NCBI RefSeq assembly: GCF_026626685.1
Contig: NZ_JAPNJX010000001.1
Coordinates: forward strand, 76,752-140,751
Reading direction: 5' to 3'
DNA length: 64,000 nt
From: Nannocystis sp. SCPEA4
Lineage (GTDB): Bacteria > Myxococcota_A > Polyangia > Nannocystales > Nannocystaceae
A program made the position numbers and the translations under genes. The notes under the pieces were generated by a model. That model ran no database searches, had not been told where the DNA came from, and saw only the letters and a list, made by a program, of their open reading frames with translations. Below, one piece after another: positions 40,459 to 50,806 of this stretch (the first letter of the stretch is position 1; each line of letters starts with the position of its first letter).

Positions 40459-41253
40459 ATGGTGTTCAAGTTCATCAAGAAGGCAGCTCAGGTCGTCTAC
40501 TCCGCCGTCGTCTGGACGGTCTCGTTCACATGGATGGGCGCCGTCGCCGTCACGTGGGCCGCCGTGTCCACCGTCGTGCCCTCGCGCAAGACCCACAACT
40601 ACATCGGCGGGCCCGGCATGGGCGCCGTCCTCAAGATCACGCTGAGCCGCGTCGAGATCATCTACGACCCCGACTTCGACCCCGAGCGGCGCGGCGTGTT
40701 CATGCAGAATCACGTCAACCTGCTCGACGCGCACGCCGCCTGCGCCTCGATCCCGCACGCCTTCTGCGGGCTGATGAACGCCTGGCAGTTCAAGATCCCG
40801 ATGTACGGCTGGATCATGAAGCTCGCCGACGGCATCCCGGTGCCGAACGGCTCCAACCGCTACCGTGCGATCGCCGAGGCCGCGCGCGACCGGGCCAAGA
40901 AGGGCATCTCGATCCTCGCCTTCCCCGAGGCTCATCGCACGCTCGACGGCAAGGTCGCCGAGTTCAAGCGCGGCGTGTTCTGGATGGCCCGGATCGCCGG
41001 CTTGCCGGTCATCCCGCTGGCCACGCACGGCATGTACGATCTGATGCAGAAGGGCTCGTACCTGCTGACGCCGTCCCGGATCACGATCTACGTCGGCGCG
41101 CCGATCGAGACCAAGGGCCTGTCCGACGCCGAGCTCGCGCAGGTCATGGAGCGGGCCCACAAGATCATCGCCGACTTCGCCGAGCGCGGCATCGTGCCCG
41201 GGCGCACTGCTCCGATCCCCTCCGACGTGACGCCGATCGCCTCCGGGGCGTGA
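40459..41253 (+). CDS. 1-acyl-sn-glycerol-3-phosphate acyltransferase family (LPLAT/PlsC) membrane protein
   Basis: NHVNLLD (HX4D) and FPEAHRT (FPEGTR) motifs; N-terminal TM helix. Confidence 0.85.
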   Translation: MVFKFIKKAAQVVYSAVVWTVSFTWMGAVAVTWAAVSTVVPSRKTHNYIGGPGMGAVLKITLSRVEIIYDPDFDPERRGVFMQNHVNLLDAHAACASIPHAFCGLMNAWQFKIPMYGWIMKLADGIPVPNGSNRYRAIAEAARDRAKKGISILAFPEAHRTLDGKVAEFKRGVFWMARIAGLPVIPLATHGMYDLMQKGSYLLTPSRITIYVGAPIETKGLSDAELAQVMERAHKIIADFAERGIVPGRTAPIPSDVTPIASGA

Positions 41254-41568
41254 TCGTCAGCGGACCGCCCCGGTCGTCGATCGGGGTCGGTCGATCCTCC
41301 GTCTGCATCTCGCGGCGGTGAGCATGTGGGCCCGGGTGTCATCGCTGCCGCGGCGCCCATCACTCGCCGGCAACCGCAGTGAGATCGTTGCGAGTTTCTT
41401 TGCAGGTGCACGCCGCGTCGATCCTGGTGTGTGTCACGGACGCACGAATGCGAGCGCGTACGTGACCGGACAATCGTAACGCCGGACGCTTGCATCCGGA
41501 TCGCAACCTCCTCGCTTGCGCTCCACAATGACCTCGATCATGCAGTTCGGTCAGGAGATGATGAGCTC

Positions 41569-42585
41569 ATGACTCGTGGGATCTGCCTTCTGCTCATCGG
41601 TTCGGTGGTGGCCTGTGATGTCGTCGAGAACGACGACGGAACAGCGATTACGGTACGCAACGACGAAGACAACGGCATCGCGTTGAATACCGCGCAGCTC
41701 AACGGCTGGAACCTCAACGGTATGCGCATGAACGGCACCGCCCTCAACGGCATGCGCATGAACGGCTGGAACCTCAACGGGTGGAACCTCAACGGCATCA
41801 GCCTGGTCGGCAGCAGTTTCTCTGCCACCCACGACGTCGACGGCACGCCCGTGCCCGTCAGCGGCGACGACCTGATCGGTTCGGTGCTCACGCTCGAGGG
41901 CGGCGGCACCACCTTCGTCCTGCGCTTCGACGACATCTATCTCGACCCGGCCGACCCGAACGGCGACGTGTGGTTCTACGACATCGCCGTCCAGGACAAC
42001 GAGACCAGCCTGTGGTCGAGCCTCTGCAACGACCACAACGGGCAGCCGACCCAGGCGATCGCCATCGCCAACTGGTGGAACCCCACCACCGGCGCGCGGG
42101 TCGACGATCCCACGGCGGTGACGTTCGCCTGCCGCGACGCCGTGCTGGCCAAGTGTGTCGAGTGGGGCTACCGCCCGTGGGCCACCGTCGGCGGCGTCGG
42201 GCTCGCCGATCACCACCAGACGTGCACGCGGCTGGCCCGTGCCGACTACTGCGGCGACGGCACCCCGCACACCTTCACCGGCACGCCGATCGACGTGTTC
42301 GACGCGCTCAGCCCGGCGATCCAGAGCCCGGCCACGCTCGAGCGGCAGAACTGGGGCATCGAGGCCGAGTGGGGCCCGAACGGCGCTGTGTGCATCGGCG
42401 ACCAGCTGCGCCTCAAGATGTACGACGACAACGGCGTGCCCTACGACTTCCCGGGCTGCTTCGACGCCCTCGACGACATCAGCGGCTGCGGCGACTTCGA
42501 CAGCAGCCGCGGTGCCCTCCTCGCCGACCGCTACTGCGACGTGTGGGAGAGCGACCCGGGCGCCTGCGCGGCCGCCACGTACTAG
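41569..42585 (+). CDS. Lipoprotein with pentapeptide repeats (NLNGW/RMNGT x7) and Cys-containing C-terminal domain
   Basis: Lipobox IGSVVAC, five-residue tandem repeats, and an AGGAG RBS. Confidence 0.6.
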   Translation: MTRGICLLLIGSVVACDVVENDDGTAITVRNDEDNGIALNTAQLNGWNLNGMRMNGTALNGMRMNGWNLNGWNLNGISLVGSSFSATHDVDGTPVPVSGDDLIGSVLTLEGGGTTFVLRFDDIYLDPADPNGDVWFYDIAVQDNETSLWSSLCNDHNGQPTQAIAIANWWNPTTGARVDDPTAVTFACRDAVLAKCVEWGYRPWATVGGVGLADHHQTCTRLARADYCGDGTPHTFTGTPIDVFDALSPAIQSPATLERQNWGIEAEWGPNGAVCIGDQLRLKMYDDNGVPYDFPGCFDALDDISGCGDFDSSRGALLADRYCDVWESDPGACAAATY

Positions 42586-42596
42586 TGCCGAGACCG

Positions 42597-43804
42597 GGTG
42601 TTACTGATCAGGTTGAGGCGCGAATTTGCGCCTCGCGCAAAAACCTGATCTACAGGCTTCATGAGGCAGAAGAAGCCGACCCGGCCGTGGTTCCCCGGGC
42701 TCAAGCTCAAGCAGGAAGATCGAGAGCTCCTGCGTCGTAAGGCGCGGGAGCGGCTCACCGAGAGGACCTGGAAGCGGATCCGTGCGCTTCAGATGCTGGA
42801 CGAGGGGTACTCGCTTGCAGCCACGGCGGCGGCGATCGGTTCGGCCGTTCCGTCGGTGCGTCGTGTCGGGGAGCGATATCTCGCCTCTGGCGTCGAGGTA
42901 GCGCTGAAGGATGCGAAGCGACCACTTCGGCCACGAAGGCTCGACACGCGACAGGAGGCGGCGATCATCGCCATGGTCTGCGGGCCTGCCCCCGAAGGCC
43001 GCGCTCGATGGACGATCATGCTCATCGTCGAAGAGAGCATCAAACGCGGGATCGTCGACGAGGTCGGTCGGGAGACGATCCGCGTGCTGCTCAAGAACCA
43101 CGAACTGAAACCGTGGCGGGAAAAAAATGTGGTGCGTCCCACGACTGGACGAGCACTACGTGGCGCGCATGGACGACGTACTCGACACGCTCGCGCAACC
43201 GCAGGACGCGGCCGAGCCAGTCGTCGCACTCGATGAGCGGCCAGTCGTCCTCCGTGACTCTGCGCGGCAAGGCCGCTGCGCGTCACCCGGCCGGTTGGCG
43301 CGCATGGACTACGAATACGTACGTCGCGGGACCGCGAACATCTTCTGCATCGTCGAACCGAAGGCCGGCCGTCACATGACCTTCGCCACGCCGAACCGCA
43401 AAGGCTGCGAGTTCGCGCGTGCGCTCCGGAAGATCGCCCGCCGATACTCCTCTGCGAGGACGATCCACCTGGTCATGGATAACCTCAGCACGCACAGCCA
43501 GAACTCCTTGTGCACAGCCTTCGGAGATCAAGCGGGACGTGCGCTGTGGAATCGCTTCACGGTGCACTACACACCGAAGCACGGCAGCTGGCTCAACCCC
43601 GCCGAGATCGAAGCGAGCCTGTGGTCACGCGAGTGCCTCGGGCGCCTGCGCATCGGCTCGCTCGCAGAGCTTCGCCGTCGAACGTCTCGATGGAACGCCG
43701 ACGCTCACCGGCGACGCCGGAAGATCACCTGGCGGTTCACGAAAGAACGTGCCCGCTCCGTGTTCAAGATCGACCAGATCGATACGGCCCGGTCGCGGCA
43801 CTAG
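42597..43804 (+). mobile_element. Degenerate IS630-family (Tc1/mariner-like) element; inverted repeat gatcaggtt...aacctgatc at the 5' side, no recognisable right end
   Basis: The transposase reading frame is split. Its 3' end overlaps the stop of the convergent hydrolase gene by 4 bp, leaving no room for a right IR. Confidence 0.6.
42661..43804 (+). pseudogene. IS630-family transposase interrupted by a +1 frameshift at an A7 homopolymer (~43118-43124); orfA 42661-43236, orfB frame from 43127
   Basis: Frame A ends ...LKPWREKNVV. Frame +1 reads KKMWCVPRLDEHY, the conserved IS630 KPWREKMWCVP junction, which would be restored by A6. Confidence 0.75.
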
Positions 43805-44622
43805 CCCCTGGCGAACGCCAGCAGGTCGGCGTTCAGTTGCTGCTGGTGCGTCTGCGCCAGCCCGTGCGGCCCGCCGGCGTACACCTTCAGCGTCGCGCCC
43901 TTCACCAGCTTGCTCGACAGCGCGGCCGAGTTGGCGAAGGGCACGATCTGGTCGTCGTCGCCGTGGATGACCAGCGTCGGCACCGTGAAGCGTTTGAGGT
44001 CCTCGGTGAAATCCGTCTCCGAGAACGCCTTGATACAGTCGTACTGGCCCTTCAGCCCGCCCATCATGCCCTGCAGCCAGAAGCTGTCGCGCATGCCCTG
44101 CGACACCTGTGAGTCGGGGCGGTTGGCGCCGAAGAACGGCCCCGACAGGTCGCGGTAGAACTGCGAGCGGTCGGCCGCCACCCCGCGGCGAATGTCGGCG
44201 AAGAACGTCAGCGGCAGGCCGTTCGGGTGCGACGGCGACTGCACCATCACCGGCGGCACCGCGCCGACCAGCACCGCCTTCGCCACGCGCTCCTGCCCGT
44301 GACGGCCGATGAAGCGCGCCACCTCGCCGCCGCCGGTCGAGTGCCCGACCATGATCGCCTGCTTCAGGTCGAGCGCCGCGAACAGCTCGGCGAGATCGTC
44401 GGCGTACTGGTCCATGTCGTTGCCCTGCCACGGCTGACTCGATCGCCCGTGGCCGCGACGGTCGTGGCCGATCGCGCGGAAGCCATGGTCGGCCAGGTAC
44501 ATCATCTGGGCGTCCCACGCGTCGGCCGTGAGCGGCCAGCCGTGACTGAAGACCACCGGCTGCCCCGTGCCCCAGTCCTTGAAGTAGATCGTCGTCCCGT
44601 CCTTGGTCGTGATGTGCGGCAT
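43801..44622 (-). CDS. Alpha/beta hydrolase (non-haem haloperoxidase/arylesterase family)
   Basis: HGWPL and GHSTGG motifs; 273 aa from the ATG at 44622. Confidence 0.85.
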   Translation of the reverse strand: MPHITTKDGTTIYFKDWGTGQPVVFSHGWPLTADAWDAQMMYLADHGFRAIGHDRRGHGRSSQPWQGNDMDQYADDLAELFAALDLKQAIMVGHSTGGGEVARFIGRHGQERVAKAVLVGAVPPVMVQSPSHPNGLPLTFFADIRRGVAADRSQFYRDLSGPFFGANRPDSQVSQGMRDSFWLQGMMGGLKGQYDCIKAFSETDFTEDLKRFTVPTLVIHGDDDQIVPFANSAALSSKLVKGATLKVYAGGPHGLAQTHQQQLNADLLAFARG

Positions 44623-44857
44623 CGGCGTCGTCCCCCGGGCGCACACTGTGGTCCGGGGCTGCCCCGCGCGAGCCAGGACCTCGCCCGCGTCACCGCGGAC
44701 CTGCATCACGACGGGGGTCGTCGACCCACACGCAGATCTGCGCGTGCCCCGCGACCCGCGTGACAGCCGAACACCGCCTGTCTCTTCGGACATCTGCGAA
44801 GCGTGCAGCTGCACCTATGCTCGCTCCAGCTCGCGCTCTGCGAGCGCCGAGCACCGC

Positions 44858-45448
44858 TCACCAGCGGTCGTCGCGATAGGAGCTCTTCCCCAGATCCTCG
44901 ATCCGACGAATCGGCGGCGCCGGCTCCTCGGGCGGAGGCGGAGCATCGAGCCGCGACAGACGCAGCCCCCTGTAGGTCCACTCGATTCGCCACCCGCGCG
45001 CGGCAAACACCGCGGCCTCGTCGGCGCTCCGGGCACCGTCGACGAACCTGCCCGCCACATACCACGACGGCGTGGGAACGCCCTGCTCCGGAACGACCGC
45101 GAACGCGTCCTCCTTGAGCCACCGGCACGCCAGCGCTGCGGGGAGCCAGCGCGCCCGCCAGCTCTCTGCGGCGAGGATCTCCAGCGCCGCGGCGCAGACG
45201 ATCGGCGTCTCGGCGTCGGGTCCGTCGGCCGGGACCGGCACGATGAACGCCGCCAGTCGTGGATCGCCGCGGACGTGCTCGAGCGCCGATCGGCTCGTCT
45301 TGCACACGTCGGAGGAGAACATCGCGATCTTGTCGGGCCCGATCGCGCGCCACGGCGACAGGAACCCGCGCAACGCCGGCGCCAGGGCCACGGCGACCAT
45401 GCAGCCGAGCAGCCAGGCGCCGAGGTGAATCCACCACGCGCGACTCAT
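44858..45448 (-). CDS. Hypothetical protein with N-terminal TM helix
   Basis: GC3-biased ORF whose ATG overlaps the upstream gene (ATGA). No family assigned. Confidence 0.4.
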   Translation of the reverse strand: MSRAWWIHLGAWLLGCMVAVALAPALRGFLSPWRAIGPDKIAMFSSDVCKTSRSALEHVRGDPRLAAFIVPVPADGPDAETPIVCAAALEILAAESWRARWLPAALACRWLKEDAFAVVPEQGVPTPSWYVAGRFVDGARSADEAAVFAARGWRIEWTYRGLRLSRLDAPPPPEEPAPPIRRIEDLGKSSYRDDRW

Positions 45449-46152
45449 CGTCGCTGCCCTCGCTGCTGCAACACCGCCAGCAGCTGCGCCTTCCGCTCGC
45501 GGAAGAACCTGTGCAGGCGCTGCGCCTCGGGGGGCATCGTGAGGAGGTCGGGAGGATCCGGGGCCGCGAGGAGCGCGGTCAGCTCCGCACGCTCGCGCTC
45601 CTCGTCTTCCACGCTGGGCCGCCGCGTCGCGTGCGTCACCTTGTCGGTGATGCGCAGGCCGGACGGGTGCGCGAGAAAGACGTCCTCGGGCACCTCGAGC
45701 TGCGCGCTCGCCAGCCCCGGCAGGCGGCACTCGACGTACGCCCGACACGGCGATGCCTCGCCCGCGGTCACGAGCGCCTCGATCCCGAGCACCCGCCCGC
45801 GTCGATCGGGGTCGAGCCACAACGAGTACTCGACCCGGCAATTCGCGTCCTCCGGCATCTCGTGCAAGCGCGAGATGCACGCCCGCTTGTCGCCGGCGAG
45901 GAACTCCGGATCCTCGAGCTGCAGCAGCAGGGGCAACCATTGGGTCTCGCCGTGGAGCACGTAACGCTCGAGCGGGAAGACCACGTCGGCGGCGCGGAAC
46001 CCTTGTCCCTCGGTGCCCAGGCTCACCGTCGTCGCCTCGGGGGGCGCGGGTGGAATCGGCGGCTGCGAGTTTGCCACGGCGAGCCCCAGCATCAGCCCCA
46101 AGGTCAGCGCGACCCCGGCCAGACCCGTGAGAACCGGCTGCCACCAGCGCAT
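45445..46152 (-). CDS. Hypothetical membrane-anchored protein
   Basis: N-terminal TM/signal anchor LTGLAGVALTLGLMLGLAV. Start uncertain. Confidence 0.4.
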   Translation of the reverse strand: MRWWQPVLTGLAGVALTLGLMLGLAVANSQPPIPPAPPEATTVSLGTEGQGFRAADVVFPLERYVLHGETQWLPLLLQLEDPEFLAGDKRACISRLHEMPEDANCRVEYSLWLDPDRRGRVLGIEALVTAGEASPCRAYVECRLPGLASAQLEVPEDVFLAHPSGLRITDKVTHATRRPSVEDEERERAELTALLAAPDPPDLLTMPPEAQRLHRFFRERKAQLLAVLQQRGQRR

Positions 46153-46434
46153 CAGCGCGCTTCCCTGGTGGCCCGGCGTCGTCGTCGGGGGCGGGAGTGC
46201 GATTGGCGGCACCATCGGCGCGGGCTGTCCCAGGGACGGTGGCCCGGCGAGCGGCCGATTGCAAGGCGAAACTCCGGGCGACCGGTCGAGTGTGGCGAAT
46301 CGGTGGACCCTCGCGTCGCGCCTGCTCAGGCACGCCACGATGTCGTCGCTGGCCGGCAGCCGCGGCTGGGCGACGCACGCGTCGGGCCTCCGTACCATCT
46401 GTCTCTTCGGACACCTCTGTGCCATCCTGCCGCC

Positions 46435-46875
46435 ATGAGCCGGATCCGGATCGGTCACGACACGTGGACATTGGACCGCGCCTCGCTCGCGGCCTATCAC
46501 TGCCACGCTCCCGAGGCCGACTGGAACCTCGCCCTCGATCACGCCGGGCAGATGCTGTGGCTGGCCGGCACCGTGACGCCGGGTCCACGCGCGCCCGCCG
46601 AGCTCGTGGGCGCCGAGGTCACCGTCGACCTGCGCTCCCTCGACGAGGTCGTCGGCGCCCTGCTCGGCCGCGCCGTCACCCTCTACCCCGGCGGCCAGGA
46701 CATCTGCGCCCTCGGCTTCACGCTCGCCTCCTCGCCCGCGGGCGTGCGCCTCGCCGTCACCGTCACCTGCGACTGGGACCGCGCGCTCGCGACCTTCCCC
46801 CACGACGAGCCCGTCGTCCTCGAGCTCGACATCGACGCCGGAGTCGAGGCGCTCCATCCCGGTAATCTGCCTTGA
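46435..46875 (+). CDS. Hypothetical protein (146 aa)
   Basis: GC3-biased ORF with ATG start. A CTGTCTCTTCGGACA motif lies 25 bp upstream. Confidence 0.4.
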   Translation: MSRIRIGHDTWTLDRASLAAYHCHAPEADWNLALDHAGQMLWLAGTVTPGPRAPAELVGAEVTVDLRSLDEVVGALLGRAVTLYPGGQDICALGFTLASSPAGVRLAVTVTCDWDRALATFPHDEPVVLELDIDAGVEALHPGNLP

Positions 46876-47042
46876 AGAACATGTCTTGATGGACATACCG
46901 ATCCGCCGGGCCGGCGACACTGTCCCTGAGGTTTGCCGGACCCCCCCGGGGTCTCGCGTCGTCGCGTGCGCGTGCGCGCCGCGTTCTGCCGGATTGACGC
47001 AGCCGCTCCGTGCCCCGAAGATCCCGCGCGGAGGGGCGGACG

Positions 47043-48059
47043 ATGCGGAGCTTCATGGGGTGCGCGAGCGTGGCGCTGATGCTGGCATGCGGCGGTGCGC
47101 CGGCGCCAGGGGACGGCGACGACGAGACGGCAGGCACCAGCGGCGGCGCCACGGCGGACACGACAGGCAGCGCCAGCGCCGGGACCACCGACCCCACAGG
47201 CGGCGCGACCGACGGCGCCGGCAGCACGACGACGACCACCACCACTGCGCCCACCACCGACGCGCCCACCACCGGCGGGACCACCGCCGACGAGACCGGC
47301 ACCACCACCGACCCCACCACCGGCGAGCCGCTCGGCCCGTGTGACGGCCCGCGGCCCGGGCCCGACAACACGGGCGTGCAGCAGGGCGTCCCCCTCGTGC
47401 CGAGCGGCTCGATCACCGTCGAGGAGGACGGCGCCGTGATCGAGGGCCTCGACATCGACGGCACGATCACGATCCTGGCCGACGACGTCACGATCCGGAA
47501 CGTCCGGATCCGCACCGACGATTACTACCCGATCCGCTACTTCGACGAGGACAACGTCGGCCTCGTGGTCGAGGACAGCGAGATCGAGGGCCTGAGCGGC
47601 AACGCCACCGCCGCGATCTCGTTCGCCAACTACACCGCGCGCCGGCTGAACATCCACGGCACTGCCGACGGCTTCAAGGCCGACAGCAACGTGCTGATCG
47701 AGGACTGCTGGGTGCACGACCTGTCCAACGGGGAAGGTGAGCACAACGACGGCGTGCAGTCGACCGGCGGCGCCGGCGTCACCTTGCGCCACAACGACAT
47801 CTCCGGGGCCAGCAACGCCGCCGTGCAGACCGGCGACCTCGGCGGCGCCACCATCGACCTCATTCTCGAGTGCAACTGGTTCGACGGCGGCGGCTGGACC
47901 CTCAACATCCGCGGCGAGGGCGACACCGTGCCGATGGGCACCCAGGTGATCGACAACCGCTTCGGCCGCGGCCACGGTTACGGCCCGTGGGTCATCGACG
48001 ACCCGAACCCGGTCATCTCGGGCAACGTCTACGACGACGACGACACGCCGATCCCGTGA
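47043..48059 (+). CDS. Lipoprotein with Thr-rich linker and right-handed parallel beta-helix domain
   Basis: Lipobox LMLACGG, ~80 aa of T/G/D linker, and beta-helix-like repeats (NVRIR, HND). Confidence 0.6.
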   Translation: MRSFMGCASVALMLACGGAPAPGDGDDETAGTSGGATADTTGSASAGTTDPTGGATDGAGSTTTTTTTAPTTDAPTTGGTTADETGTTTDPTTGEPLGPCDGPRPGPDNTGVQQGVPLVPSGSITVEEDGAVIEGLDIDGTITILADDVTIRNVRIRTDDYYPIRYFDEDNVGLVVEDSEIEGLSGNATAAISFANYTARRLNIHGTADGFKADSNVLIEDCWVHDLSNGEGEHNDGVQSTGGAGVTLRHNDISGASNAAVQTGDLGGATIDLILECNWFDGGGWTLNIRGEGDTVPMGTQVIDNRFGRGHGYGPWVIDDPNPVISGNVYDDDDTPIP

Positions 48060-48340
48060 GCACGACGCCTGGTGTCCGGAAATGGGACGGCCGGTGCCGG
48101 AACCGGACACGCCGCCGCCCACGCCGCGGCCAAGGCTGCGAGATCATTGACGGCACGGCGATTGCGAACGACGTCCGCGGACGCGGCTCGCGGTGTCTGA
48201 CCTGATTCAAGAGACACACCGGTGCCGGCGCGAACAGCGAGAGGACCGCGGAATGTCAATCAATATCGAGAGCGCACCGAGCCGCGGCTTCGACGGCGGC
48301 ATGCATTCGTTCGCGGGTCGCGTGACCACGGAGGACCGCC

Positions 48341-50785
48341 ATGTCCGCGCTGCTTAGGGACCTGCGCTTCGCGCTGCGCACGCTGGGCAAGAGCCGGACC
48401 TACGCGTGCGTGGCGATCATCACCCTGGCGGTAGCGATCGGCGCCAACACGGCGATCTTCAGCGCGGTCAATCGCGTGCTCCTCAAGCCGCTGCCGTTCG
48501 CCGACCCCGAGCGTCTCCTGTACATCTACGAGAGCCGCCCGGAGCTCGGCATGGTGACGCCGTCGTACCCCAACTACATCGATTACCGGGACGGCAACGC
48601 CTCGTTCGACGACGTCGGGGCGGTCACCCTGTCGAACATGACGGCGACCGGACGCGGCGAGCCCGAGCGGTTGAACGTGGAGTGGTACTCGCAGAACTTG
48701 CTGCCGATGCTGGGCGTCGCACCCGCGCTCGGCCGCAACTTCCTGCCCGAGGAGGACGTGCCGAACGGCAAGAAGGCGGTCCTGCTGTCGCACGGCTTCT
48801 GGACGCGGCGCTTCGCCGCCGATCCCGAGGTCATCGGCAGTCCGATCACCCTCGACGGCCGCGACTGGACGATCGTCGGCGTGATGCCGCCCGACTTCCA
48901 GTTTGCCTTCCATGTCGACAAGCACATCATCGCCCCGCTCGGCACGCGGGCCGAGGAGGAGGGCTTCCGCCATCGCGCCGCGGTCCTGGCCCTGTTCACG
49001 GTCGCGCGCCTGAAGGACGGCGTGACCCTCGCCCAGGCCACGGAGGACATGAACGCGCTGGGCGACGGCCTGGCGCGCAGCTTCCCCGCCGAATACGGGC
49101 AGGCGAGGCCGGTTCTCGCGGACCTGCACGCGGAGGTCACCCAGGAGCACCGCGGCTGGCTGATGATGATGATGTGCGCGGTGGTCTTCGTGCTGCTGAT
49201 CGCGATCGCCAACGTCGCCAACCTCATGCTCGAGCGGGCGATGCGGCGCCAGAAGGAGATGAGCGTGCGCGCGGCCCTGGGCGCCGGGCGCTGGCGGCTG
49301 ATCCGCCAATTGCTGGTCGAGAGCTCGCTCGTCGCGCTGCTCAGCGGCGGCCTCGGGCTCCTGCTGGCGCTGTGGGGCGTCGACCTGCTGACCGCGGCGC
49401 TGCCGCAGCGGCTCGGGCTGGCGATCTTCGGGCCGATCACGATCGACCGGACAGTGTTGATATTCACGCTGCTGGTGGCGAGCGGCACCGGGCTGTTGTT
49501 CGGGCTGGTGCCGGCGGTCTACGCCTCGCGCCAGGACCTCGCGCAGGCGATGAAGGAGGGCGACCAGCGCGCGACCTCCGGGTCCCGGCACCTGCGCGCG
49601 CGCAGCCTGCTGGTCGTCGGCGAGGTGGCGCTGGCGCTGATGCTGCTGGTCGCCGCCGGGCTGACGATGCGCGGCCTGGCCCGCCTGCAGGCGGTCGACC
49701 TCGGCTTCGATTCGACCCATGTGCTGACCGCCGCCGTCCCGGTGAAACCCGAGCGCAACGCGACGGCGGCGCAGCTGCGCATGTTCGTCAGCGAGCTCCA
49801 GCGCAGCGTCGCCGCACTCCCCGGGGTCACCGCGGTGAGCGTGCAGATGGGCGCGCCGTTCATCGGCGCCCACCACGACAACTTCCTGCCGCTCGACGAT
49901 CCGCGCCCGATCGTCAGCGGCCCGGTGTCGGTGGTGTACTTCGTCGACCTCGGCGGCATCGAGATGCTGCGGAACCGGCTGCTGGCGGGCCGCACGTTCG
50001 GCGCCGAGGACACGCCCGAGGCGCCGCCGAAGGTCATCATCGACAAGGTGCTCGCCGACAAGTTCTTCCCCGGCCAGGACCCGGTCGGGCAGCGGCTGCG
50101 CGACCGACTCAGCGAGCAGCCGAGCGTCGAGATCATCGGCGTCGTCGACCACGTGAAGCACTACTCGCTCGACGACTGGGAGGTCGCGCCGTACCAGATG
50201 TACTACCTCCATTCGCAGGTGCCCGACAAGCTCCGGCAGGGGATCTCGGGGTTGACCCTGCTGGTGCGCACGCAGGGCGAGCCGGGCGAGCTCGCCCCGC
50301 AGGTCCGCTCGGCCGTCGCCGAGCTCGACCCGAAGCTGGCGGTCCACAGCATCGACACCTACGAGAAGATCATCGGCACGACGCTCGAGTCGCCGCGGTT
50401 CGTCCTCCGCCTGCTGACGATCTTCGCCGGCCTCGCGCTGCTGCTGGCCGCGGTCGGGCTCTACGCGGTGATGTCGAACGCCGTGGCCCAGCGGACGCAC
50501 GAGCTCGGCCTGCGCCTGGCTCTGGGGGCGCAGCCGCAGGCGGTGGTCGCCCTCGTCGTCCGCCAGGGCGCGCGGCTGATCGCCATCGGCCTCGTCGTCG
50601 GCATCGCCGGCGCGCTGGCGCTGACGCGGGTGCTGGCCTCGATGCTGCCCGACCTCGGCGACCCCGACCCGCTGACCTTCATCGCGGTGACGCTGATCCT
50701 CGTGGTCGTCGGGCTGACGGCGACCTACGTGCCCGCGCGCCGCGCCACCCGCATCGATCCGATGGTGGTGCTGCGCCACGAATGA
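48341..50785 (+). CDS. ABC transporter permease, duplicated FtsX/MacB-type (ADOP family)
   Basis: N-terminal DLRFALRTLGKSRTYACVAIITLAVAIGANTAIFS signature, two FtsX domains, 814 aa, GGAGGA RBS. Confidence 0.85.
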   Translation: MSALLRDLRFALRTLGKSRTYACVAIITLAVAIGANTAIFSAVNRVLLKPLPFADPERLLYIYESRPELGMVTPSYPNYIDYRDGNASFDDVGAVTLSNMTATGRGEPERLNVEWYSQNLLPMLGVAPALGRNFLPEEDVPNGKKAVLLSHGFWTRRFAADPEVIGSPITLDGRDWTIVGVMPPDFQFAFHVDKHIIAPLGTRAEEEGFRHRAAVLALFTVARLKDGVTLAQATEDMNALGDGLARSFPAEYGQARPVLADLHAEVTQEHRGWLMMMMCAVVFVLLIAIANVANLMLERAMRRQKEMSVRAALGAGRWRLIRQLLVESSLVALLSGGLGLLLALWGVDLLTAALPQRLGLAIFGPITIDRTVLIFTLLVASGTGLLFGLVPAVYASRQDLAQAMKEGDQRATSGSRHLRARSLLVVGEVALALMLLVAAGLTMRGLARLQAVDLGFDSTHVLTAAVPVKPERNATAAQLRMFVSELQRSVAALPGVTAVSVQMGAPFIGAHHDNFLPLDDPRPIVSGPVSVVYFVDLGGIEMLRNRLLAGRTFGAEDTPEAPPKVIIDKVLADKFFPGQDPVGQRLRDRLSEQPSVEIIGVVDHVKHYSLDDWEVAPYQMYYLHSQVPDKLRQGISGLTLLVRTQGEPGELAPQVRSAVAELDPKLAVHSIDTYEKIIGTTLESPRFVLRLLTIFAGLALLLAAVGLYAVMSNAVAQRTHELGLRLALGAQPQAVVALVVRQGARLIAIGLVVGIAGALALTRVLASMLPDLGDPDPLTFIAVTLILVVVGLTATYVPARRATRIDPMVVLRHE

Positions 50786-50806
50786 GCGCGAGGGCAACGG
50801 CCCCGC

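Noticed and set aside
41254-41568. Lower-GC 315-bp spacer after the AGPAT gene, with weak palindromes (ccggacgcttgcatccgg)
   Set aside because: The palindromes are imperfect and there is no recurring motif. It is probably just the operon terminator/promoter region for the downstream lipoprotein gene.
48170-48215. GTGTC...GACAC inverted repeat (ggtgtctgacctgattcaagagacacacc) resembling an MrpC-type site
   Set aside because: The spacer is ~15 nt rather than the N8 of the MrpC consensus. It is more simply a weak hairpin after the beta-helix lipoprotein gene.
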